DNA of 64,000 bases from the human T2T-CHM13v2.0 reference genome, Homo sapiens. Below are positions 54,470-64,000 of the stretch, piece by piece; positions within the stretch are counted from its first letter, which is position 1; every line of letters begins with the position of its first letter. The notes under the pieces are model-generated. The model saw only the letters and a program-made list of their open reading frames with translations, made no database searches and was not told the origin of the DNA. The stretch is taken from the NCBI RefSeq assembly GCF_009914755.1, contig NC_060942.1. One strand, written 5' to 3'. A program made the translations under genes and the position numbers.

Positions 54470-55250
54470 GGGGCGGATTCACGAAAAATTCCCGAGCGTG
54501 GTGAGGGTAGAGGGTGCTGGGCAGCACCCCAGTTCGCCGGGCCCACGCTCCTCCAGTTGCCCGGCCTGTTCAGACTGGTTCGCCCACCTTTCTCTCCCTG
54601 CCGGCCCCACTCGCCTGACCTCTGAGAAAGCAGAATCCGGGACATGAAGCAACCACAGCCGCTCCGCCCGGCCACAAGCGCCCCGGACTCCGTGCCTGCC
54701 CGCAGCCCCCTTCCTGCAGCGTTCACTCGGCTGCCCGGCCCGGCCCGGCCCGGGCGCCCCGCCCCAGCCCCGCCCCGCTCCGGAGGCCCCTCCTCTATCC
54801 CCGCCCCTTCCCGGGCGCCCCGCCCTCTCCCTCCACTCTGCGCCCCCGCGGCCTCTCTCTCCTCCTGCGGGAGCCATCGCCCTCCTCCCGGGCGCCCCTC
54901 CCCGCGGCCGCAGCCTGTTTCCCGGGCCTCTCCTCCGCATTCTCACATCGCTCCAGCTCGACCTCCCCACCCGCCCGCCTCCCCGGGAGGCCGCGGCCCG
55001 GCGCGGCACCGCCCCTGCCCACGGTTACCCGGTTACCGCCTGAGAGGCCGGCGCCTGCCCGGGCGGGCGGGACCCGCACTGACCCCGCAGGGGGCGAGGC
55101 GGGGCTGAGAGGGGCGAACGCAGAGCCAGACCCCCCGCCGCCGCAGGCCGCCCACCTCCAGGCAGGGCTTCGTGCCAGACCCGGCTGCAGTTATCAGCTG
55201 GGTGGAGGGCAGTGCCAGCTGCAGGCGTCCCCGAGGCGCAAACACCACCC
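54470..55250. promoter_or_regulatory. CpG island 2 (candidate promoter or enhancer)
   Basis: About 0.8 kb, very GC-rich and CpG-dense; multiple CCCCGCCCC SP/KLF boxes (54757-54830); CTCF-like CCCCGCAGGGGGCGA at 55083-55097. Confidence 0.85.
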
Positions 55251-55384
55251 CTGGCCCCAGCCTCCTTCCCTGCAGCCTTCTACCTTCTACCGGAAACAGA
55301 GCCACGGGGAGCTAAAGGAGGATCCAGCAACAGTGGAGGCAGGGACTCCACCTCAGAGGCAGGGCCGCACTGAAGCCCAGCTCA

Positions 55385-55850
55385 CCTACCTGCTGGGTGA
55401 CCTTGGGCAAGTGACTTCTCTATGCCTCAGTTGTTGCATCTGTAAAATTGAGATAGTAATAGTATTCACCTCACTGAGTGCTGCGGTTTGGTGCCTGGCA
55501 CATAATAGGGATTTCATAGACAGTTGTTACTATTATTACCTCTTCCCCCACATTTGGGGTTTGGCAGAGGGATGTATTGGCTACATGGTCATTAAGGATC
55601 TGTTAAGCACCTCCTATGCACGAGGGAGATCACATGGTATGGTCCAAGAGTCTTGGAGTTAGATGTGGGGTTGAATCCTGGCCCTGTCACTTCATAGCTG
55701 TGTGTGACCTTGTAAAATTCTGTCTCCTCTCTGAGCTGAAGTTCCCCCACAGGAAAATAGGGACCGTAATGCCCATCTTCCGGGGCCAATGCTGGATTCA
55801 ATGAGATAATGTACAGGGAGTGCCCAGGGCAGTTCTCAGCACACAATAGT
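55385..55850 (+). mobile_element. Two MIR SINEs (about 55385-55530 and 55630-55850)
   Basis: GTGACCTTGGGCAAGTGACTTCTCTATGCCTCAGTT and GCTGTGTGTGACCTTG...GGATTCAATGAGATAATG. Confidence 0.8.
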
Positions 55851-57059
55851 GCCTCTCAGTAAATAAGAGACGCAGGATGGAGAGGACAGGCTCAGTTTCT
55901 GCTACAGAAGAGCTCTGGGCAGGTAAGACCTATGGGAGAAAAATGTCACTGAGGAGGATGAACGTTCATGCTCAGCATGCAGTCAGTAGGAAGGGCTGAG
56001 GGAGGGCAGGCCCTCCTGTCTAGGAGAATGAAACTGCTAAGGGTGGGATGTCAGGCACTGGTGGGGGATGTTTCCGAATGGGGCCCGTTGGTCCTCAGTG
56101 AAGCGGCAGCTACTGGGCCTGAGAAGGGATGTAGGGGCGCTGGAATGACTGATGTCAGCATCTGCTTTATTGGAGAGGCCCCAAAGATGGCTTGGCCATC
56201 TCTCTCCCATCCTGACAGGAGAAAAGAATGAAAAGGACAGTTGGAAAATGAGCCCTGAGCAAAATCTCCCCCCTTTATAATAACTGTGAATGTGGCTGGG
56301 CATGAGCATGGCCCTGGACAGTGGCTGTGTGACTCTGAAGCTGGGTTCCCTCATCTGTAAAATAGTGGGCTGGTCAGATGCTTTCTAGGCCCCTGAGCTC
56401 CTCCCTTCTTGAAAGCAACATTTGCTCTGATCCGTAGCAATGTGGGGGAGAAGCCACTCCTGGAGAGTGCAGGGCCCATCTTCAATCCCATCACCCATTC
56501 CATGAACTGGCTGGGAGCCCTCTTGGATGAAATGGAAATGGAGTGGGGCTTAACAGTGGGACAGGCTCCCCAAAGTAGCTCAGGAAGACCAGCTGTCCCA
56601 CTGATTGTGTGATTCTGACAGCTGGAATCAGCCTTTCAAGCAGATGTCCAGCCCTCTTACAGACAAAGAAAGCCCAGAGAAGTGAAAGGACTTGCCCAAA
56701 TTCATGTGTCTCTTGAGAGGCAGAGCTGCCTTTCAATCCACTGCACCATATTGCTTCAATTAGTTTCATTAAGAGGGACAACAAAAAAACCAGTAAGCTA
56801 GTGACCAAGGCCATCCAAAGTCTCTTTGAGTCCATTTCACGAATGCAAAATGGAAATGCCTTAGCTTCACTACCAGATAAGAAAGTGCTTTGGGAAGTGA
56901 GAAGAACACTCCAAACAGCCCAGGAGCTGCCATAAGCACTGTCTGGAGCTGGAGGGGGTTAACTAGGTGGACAGTTGGCGGAGGCTCCTGCCAGGTCAGA
57001 GGGGATTTGCCTTTGTGATCAGCACTGCAGGCTCCACGAAGAGTCCAAGGACAGTGGGC

Positions 57060-57270
57060 TCTGAGTACTAATATGCATTTTTATTCTGCAATAATTTTCA
57101 TACTGAGTTCAAGAGGCACCAACTCCAAGTACATAAAACCAAATCAAATTAAATTAATTGATTTTATTGAAACCTGCTGCAGTTGTATTCAAGCCCACAG
57201 CCAGGGGCATGACCCTCATGAAATACCAAAGGGGCTTTTGAAATAATTAAATTAATCACACCCCGGGTTA
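57060..57270. promoter_or_regulatory. Candidate enhancer with paired-like homeodomain and POU motifs
   Basis: TAATATGCAT (about 57069), AAATCAAATTAAATTAATTGATT (57141-57163), P3-type TAATTAAATTA (57244-57254). Confidence 0.4.
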
Positions 57271-57829
57271 TGCACAAGGGCTTGCTCCTGGACTCACAGG
57301 CAGGCATGTTCCCGGTCCCAGCAACAAGCGGGAGAGGAGCATGTGGCCGCAACACAACCACAAAATGTGGTGCTGCCTAGGGGAGCTGAAGACTCAGACT
57401 TCTCATTCCAGGGTAAGCCTTTGTTCATGCTCTTTTGGCAAACATGCACATACACACACTCTCATGTTAACCCATACACACAGTCACAACACCACTCATA
57501 CTCACACACATACATATGTATACACAAACATACTCATCTGCTAGATTTCCCTTCTGTCTCCCTGTCTACCCATGGTTCAGATCAAGTGCTTACCTCGTGA
57601 TCCTCCTTCTTTAACCCACCAGGACCCCTCCAGCACTTGGATGATGCATTTTCTTGTTGGCTGTTGTTTCATAAGCGCTTTTTTTTGCATCTCTAAGTAA
57701 AGGCTAGTAAGCCCCTTGAATGCAGAGAATGGGCCTCCCTGCCTTCTCTGGATCTCTCAGAAAGCTCAGCATAACCTAGAGTGTGAATAACTTAACCACT
57801 GTAAGTGCTGTGCACTTGGAAGGAGCTCC

Positions 57830-58020
57830 AGACATTAAGCACCTACTGTATGCTAGATACTGTTCAGATGACTTTAGACATATTAACTCATTTAGTCCTC
57901 ACCACGAGCCCCCACCCCCTACATCCCACCAAGTTGGGATTGTTGTTGTCCTTATTTTACAAATGAAAATAGAGAGACACAGAAAGGTCAAGTAGCTTGA
58001 CTGAGGTCACCCAGCTGGCA
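57830..58020 (-). mobile_element. MIR SINE
   Basis: CATATTAACTCATTTAGTCCTCAC...ATTTTACAAATGA...GGTCAAGTAGCTTGACTGAGGTCAC. Confidence 0.8.
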
Positions 58021-59089
58021 AAGGGAGCAGGGTTATATTACTTCTTAGGAAATCTTAAGCCAAAACAATTCTATACATCCTGTTGCTGATCAAGAGGTAG
58101 ATCACCTTGTGCTTGAACACATTCCCACAAACAAGTATGGTTACAAAATCCCAGCATTACAGGGACACTCACCAACCCTTCATTTTACAGAGGAGGAAAT
58201 TTGCAGTCCAGGAAGGGGAGGGTTCTTGTCCAAGGTCACAAAGCAATTTAGAGGAGAGCTCCCAGCCTCCTGTTGGCCCACAGCTTAGAGCAGCTCTGTC
58301 TGGGAGAAATGTTACTGATTATTCCAGTTCCTCATGCATTCGAATCTAAGACAACACTCCGACGTAGCCCGTCCTTCAGAGACAATGAGTGTCCAGTGAT
58401 GAGCAAGAATCGCCCTGCGGAGCTGCCCATACTCTATGGCCCAAGTCCTCCTCTGTATTCAGGGAGCAAACTTGGGCAGAGAGAGGGGACCTGGCCTTGT
58501 TAGGGATCAGACTCCCAAACTGCGGCCTCATCAGCACCTGCTCTAGTCCTTGTTGTAACTGCTGGGACACCTTTGAAGACAAAGCCTTTCCCTCTGTTCC
58601 TGTTGTGCAATGAGCTTTCAAAAGCTCCTGTCCCTCACCGCCACCGCCCCCCAACCTCTGCTCCTTCCACACCCCGCCCACTACCAAATGCTATGCCCTC
58701 AAGGTTAACTTCAAAATAAAGCCCTGGAGTCCAGCCAACAAGAATCCCCTTCCTGGCTCTGAGAACTTGAGCTGCTTAATAGGAATGGGGAACTTGAACA
58801 TCGTAACCACAACAGCCCCTCTTTGCAGGGTCTGCACAGCTCTGTGACCAGCACACATATTCTCGCCACGTAAGCCTCATTTTACAGATGAGGAAACTTG
58901 GGTAAAGGGTGGGGAGAGGCCTGCATGCCGAGCTAGTAGGGCCTGGATTCAAAGCTGATCTTTCCCTCTTTTTAAAATGACCAGATATTCTTATTAACAG
59001 TATGGCCTGCCTGTCTGGCACACTGCATAATACGTTTTTCCCAGATTTTTTTGACTGAGCTCTTTGATTACTTCTTCATAGGAGAATAA

Positions 59090-59470
59090 TTTTTTTTTAA
59101 ATTGTGGTAAATGTTTATATTTATATATGTGTAACATAAATGTTGCTATTTTAACCATTTTAAGGCGAAATTCCGTGGCATTGAGTACATTCACAGTGTT
59201 GTACAACCATCACCACTATTTCCAAGACTTTTTCATCAACCCAAACAAAAACTCTGTAACTGTTAAGCAATAACTTCCCAACGTTCCCCTCCTCTGAACC
59301 TTGGTACCACTAATCTACTTTTCATCTCTAAGAATTTGCTTCTTCTATTTATTTATTTATTTGTTTATTTTGGGAGAAATAAGAACACTGGGTAGGAAGA
59401 ATTTGCCTATCATGGATGCTTCATAGAAGAAGAATCACACAATATCTTGTTGCCCTTTGTGTCTGCAGAG
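59090..59470 (-). mobile_element. L1MB-like 3' end fragment
   Basis: TTTTAACCATTTTAAG...GTGGCATTGAGTACATTCACAGTGTTGTACAACCATCACCACTAT...CCACTAATCTACTTT. Confidence 0.85.
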
Positions 59471-60605
59471 TTAACTCTTTTCCCCAGTAAGCTGGACTTC
59501 TCAGCTTCTCAGACCCCCGGTTTCTCCCTGCCTCCCTCCCAGGAATGCCGTTGGGGTGGGAGTCCCGACATGAGTGATGTCATCACAGGGAGGGCCAGTC
59601 CTGTGGAAGCTCAGAGTCCCCTGGTCCCCAGCAGGTAGAAGCACCTGGCCTGGTCCTCAGCGATACGGACAGGACCAATGAAGCAGCATGTTAGGGGGCA
59701 AGAAAAAGGAGTTTCCAGCAGGGAGACGGGCCAAGGAGTGACCCCCAAAGCGTCCAGGGGCCTGGGCACTACACTGCCACAGGCAGCCAGGGGCGAGCCG
59801 TAGATGGACCATATTGGGCACATTTGGTGATGGTTTTGCTGAAGTGCGCCTGGAAGCTGCTGTCCACACTGGAACAAGCCTCTGGCACCTATTGGGCACC
59901 TCCTAAGCTAGAAGGTGGCTCAGTTGTGTTGTCCTTACTGGCGGGGGGGAAGCTCTTGAGGCTGTTTCCCCACTCACAGCCCCCAGCCCCAGGAAGAGGC
60001 CTCTTCCTCTGACCTCAACCTCAGCTGGAAGCACAAAGCAGAGCCTGCTCAGCCCTGCCCTTCTCTGGTCTTCAGAACCTCGTGCTGCCCTTCTACCCAA
60101 GCTGTCTGTGCCTGCTCTCTGCACAATGGCCATCCGGAGGTAGTCCTGTGTCCGGTCCTTCCTTGGCCGGAGGCAATATCCAGACCCTTCCTCCACCCTT
60201 CCAGGGTTCCCGCCCACTCCTGAATCTCCACTTTGAAAGCTTTCCACGGACAAGTGATCTCTCACAACCGCCTTCACTTCCCCTCCCAGTCCAACCTGCC
60301 CCTCCCACAGGCCCCAGCCTACCCATTTCCTCTGCCCTTTTCACCCTTTGGCGCCAGAACTCAGCCATTCTGAGCCTTTGGCCCAGCTCTTTCCTCCTTC
60401 CAGCTGCTCCTGTGCTGGGGCCTCCCATCTCTTGCTTTTTCTCTTTGGCGTTAACTGTTACTCAGCCCTGCACCCCAACAAAGAAATGCACCCTGAAAGC
60501 CTGTGGCACTAAGGTATGGGGGACATCAAAGGCAACCAGACTCAGCACAGACCTAACACTTGAGTTACCTATTTGGAAATGTTAAATGCAGGCCACTGCA
60601 TTGCT

Positions 60606-60608
<3 letters not shown>

Positions 60609-60656
<48 letters not shown>

Positions 60657-60672
60657 GCACACGCGCATGCGC
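60609..60672. repeat. (GT)21 microsatellite with CG-rich alternating extension
   Basis: Pure GT repeat 60609-60650, then GCGTGTGCACACGCGCATGCGC. Confidence 0.97.
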
Positions 60673-61339
60673 CAGTAGACTCTGGGTCCTTCCAAGAAGC
60701 TTTTCAAAGCAACCTTTCTCCCCCTTGCCAGAAACAATGAATTAGTGAGGATGAGCCCAAACAGGATTAATAGTCCTTTTCTGGTTACCCGAGTTTCTTG
60801 CTTCTTGTATAACACAGCAGCCACAGGGTTTCAAGGTTTCTTTGAGAAGATGCTAGAGCAATGACTACAGAGCTTATAAAATTACACAGAACGGTATGTT
60901 TGAAAAGATCATTTTCTGTATTCAGCTCTGTGAAAAGTTTTCCATAAGAGCAGCAACAGTTGGATAAAGGTGCCTGCCCACATAAAACAGCTTTAGTAGG
61001 GTTTCAGATCCCTTTCAGAGTGTGGGGAAGAGAGAAGGGAGGGGAAAGGACTATCAAAAGGAAAAACAAGTCCGCATGCTTTGATTTGGCCTTGGTGACC
61101 AGGACAACACACTCTGAGGGTGCCACAGTCAATATTCGCTTCACTGAGCTTCTTATCAGGCTCCAACCTATGGGGAGCAAAGGGCAGAGCTTGGCAAGAG
61201 CCCAGGTGCTGTGTGAGGGTTCAGGGTGAGGCCCCGGCTGATTAAGCTGTCCTGGGCCTTTCGGTCAGAGGCTCCCTGCAAAGAGGTCCTTGGAAAAGGC
61301 TTACTTGCTGCAAGGCAACCTCCTGGGATCCCTGCACCA

Positions 61340-61660
61340 AAGTTTTCAGATCTGGAAACTGGCAAATTTTTGTTAGACAAATATGTGGTTGATGTGCAGG
61401 TTTTTCTAAACATGAAACAAACCCCACAAGTTATAAGGGGGAAAAGTGGTGGATTTGATTACAGAAATACCACAATCCAAGTTAAAAACAGACTGGGAGA
61501 AAATATTTGCATTATAAGTTACAGACATAGGTTTAAATCTACGATATACAAAGAGCTCCTATACATCAATAAGGAAGAACATGAAATATAAATGTCCACT
61601 AACATGATTTAAGTTGCTCAATCTCACCAATGATTTTTATTAATAAAATGTAAACACCAA
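61340..61660 (+). mobile_element. Old L1M ORF2-region fragment
   Basis: GACTGGGAGAAAATATTTGCA...ATATACAAAGAGCTCCTATACATCAATAAG resembles L1 ORF2 (WEKIFA...IYKEL). Confidence 0.7.
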
Positions 61661-62729
61661 CTCTTAGGTGCTGAAGAAGAAATAGGGGAAGGCAGATCTT
61701 GTAGGTAAGGGACACTAGATTAAAGAGCTAGAGGACTTGAAAGCTTATCACCTGTCCTGGAAGACTCAGCAAATCATTTTCCATGTTTGGGACAATGTTC
61801 TAGTTTATATTTTCGTGGAAGTTGCGTAAAGGATAATGTTGGTCTTCTGTCTCTTGAATCAGGCATAAACATGGCTTCTTATGCCTATCCCCCTTCTCAG
61901 AGCAGCTCAGAACACTTATCACACCTTTCTCCTTGACCCTCACCTCTCTGGAAGATTAGAAGCAGAAGATTTATTGGATCAACTTCTCAGCTGTGGAATC
62001 TGAGCAAACAGAAGGGAAGTGGCTGAGGTAAGACACCCCTGGCAGCCCTTGGTGAATGTTGCAACTGGTCTGGGGCACTTGCCCTGTCCCCAAGGGGGTC
62101 TGTGTGTACCACAGGGTCTGCTGTCCAGATGGCTGCATGGGGCATGGGGAGCAGGCAAGGGCTACACAATAGAAAGGTAAGAAAGTGCACTGACTTTATT
62201 TTCAGGCAATGCGGGTTAGGATTCTACCTCCTACTGCATGCTCCTGCACGCATTGTCCCATCTTTTTGCATCCTGGGTTCCTCTTCCATAAAATGGGCAC
62301 AGTACTCCTCACCTCCCAGTCCCCTTGCCTTACCATTGTCCTTACCACTCGATTGGACATATTTCAGAGACAGCCTTACCCTCTGTTACTTAACGGTTTC
62401 AGCTCCCCAAACTAGATCACACGACTTCATGGGCTAGAGCTGTGTCTCCGGAGAGGTCAGGGACCCCAGGAAGCTAACAGCACTGGGGCCCTGCCATCGT
62501 CACTTTTGAACTCGCAGCACCTGGCACACTGTGTTGCACATGGAAGGTACAAAATAATAGTTACAGAATGAATGAAGGAAACTATGGATGAGGGAGCCGA
62601 GGGTCAGAAAGGTGAAGTGTCCTGCCACGGGCCATATGACCCATTAATACCTGGCAAGCACTGTGCCGTCCACTTTCTTCTTTATCAAGGGCAAATGGTG
62701 AGGAGAAAACACAGCCAAGCATACTGGCT

Positions 62730-62967
62730 CATGAAGTCTCGTGTTTTCCAGGGAAAGTCCCATTTCACATCTGTTTTCTCTTACGATTATAATAATGCCC
62801 ACTTTTACTATCAAAAGTGTCCCTTTTTTTTCTTAAAAATATGGACTGCTTCACGAATTTGCGTGTCATCCTTGAACAGGGGCCATGCTAATCTTCTCTG
62901 TATCATTCCTATTCTAGTATATGTGCTGCTGAAGCGAGCACAAAAGTATCCCATTTTGGATGATAAA
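62730..62967. mobile_element. MER94-like hAT-Blackjack relic hosting the U6 copy
   Basis: CCAGGGAAAGTCCC...ATTATAATAATGCCC...TCAAAAGTGTCCC [U6] ...TTTGGATGATAAA matches the recalled MER94 consensus. Confidence 0.65.
62835..62941 (-). pseudogene. U6 snRNA processed pseudogene (full length)
   Basis: The reverse complement reads GTGCTCGCTTCAGCAGCACATATACTAGAATAGGAATGATACAGAGAAGATTAGCATGGCCCCTGTTCAAGGATGACACGCAAATTCGTGAAGCAGTCCATATTTTT, 8 substitutions from U6 by eye; A-rich tail; TSD AAAAGT(G/A)TCCC; no PSE/TATA seen upstream. Confidence 0.96.
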
Positions 62968-64000
62968 GTCTCTGTTCTCTCTGTTATGAGGGAGAGTGGA
63001 CAGAAGGTCTCTGTGTTTCCCTGACTCCATCTACTCTCCCACCCCTCACCTCTCCTGACCTAACAGAAACACAATTAAAATGTCACTTCATTATCTATTC
63101 ACTGAAAGCCACACTGGAACTGCACTCCCCACAAAGGCCAACTTCCCCCAGCAAAATCCGCCTTAAGGGTGCCCTCATGGCCTGTGCATTGGGGTGATGG
63201 GGTTCCCAGCTGCTTAACTGCCTTCCACTATATCACCAGCAAGTGGACCAAAGACCCTGCCTCAGCATTCTTACTGTGCTGAATGATGGGCACCTGCTTG
63301 CCAGGCCTGTGCCAAAGAAGCCCTCTACCCACACCCCAAGGGCTAACTAGTATCCAGTCTTCCTATTCTGCAGGGGGCATCTGGACCTGAACAGGGACTC
63401 ATCCATCAAAGCTCTTGGGGGGCCTGGCAGCCTCTCCAGAGAAGGATGCGCAGACTGAGGTGAGAGCTGGGGTCTCTGAGATCCACCCACCTGCAGAAAT
63501 GCTGGATTTGAGGGGAGGCAGAGAGGCATCATGAACACAAAGAAAGTTCCCACCCAGAGGAGCTCACCAAACCCGGGGCAGCCTCAGGGATGAGCATTTT
63601 CAGACATGTTCAGGAAGACATGGCTGGGATGTTGGATTAGGGGATGGGGCCAGCCCTCCCACTGGTCCTCAGACCTTTAGAGGAGGCCAGGAGGAGAAAA
63701 AGAGCCATTGACACCTTAACAGAGTAAGCAGGTACTCTTGGGAGATCCCCTCCACACCTATGAAGTCATTCAAAGCCTGGGATCCGCAGGTGCCTCTCCC
63801 AGAGCCTTCCTCAGTTCACTCACCTCACTAGGCCCACCCCACTCCTCTGCACCTGTCCCCTCTGCACTGACAGATGACCGAGAACCCCCCGCCCCTGTAC
63901 GACTGCAGAGGCCTCTGTGGTTGCTGTCCAGGCCTTTCATGGGAGTGTGGTGCCTTCGCCAGGACTAGCCCTCCCCCTGCCCCACAGGGCAGGGACCCTT

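Overview
Primate (most likely human) genomic DNA: about 15 Alu elements (J, S and Y age classes), L1, L2 and MIR fragments, hAT DNA-transposon relics, an LTR16-like LTR and a truncated MER31-like ERV1 element. I can support no protein-coding gene. The ORFs are short and either repeat-derived, low-complexity, GC-rich artefacts or unrecognised; the only recognisable protein fragment is the C-terminus of L1 ORF2p (21459-21698). There is one full-length U6 snRNA retropseudogene (62835-62941, minus) with TSD and A-tail, inserted in a MER94-like element. Two CpG islands (about 28900-30330 and 54470-55250) have no coding exon attached. Together with several AT-rich blocks dense in homeodomain, POU and SOX motifs, they suggest a cis-regulatory or lncRNA region like those flanking developmental transcription-factor genes (inference; the locus is not identified). 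I found no evidence of a novel multi-gene system. The unusual items are small: a perfect hairpin across an LTR junction, templated-insertion-like scars in an Alu and an L1, a 60-bp hairpin/M-box tandem repeat, an AluYd-type deletion, motif-duplicating microrepeats and Z-DNA/H-DNA-prone tracts. Repeat family names come from recalled consensus sequences, and boundaries of old repeats are approximate.
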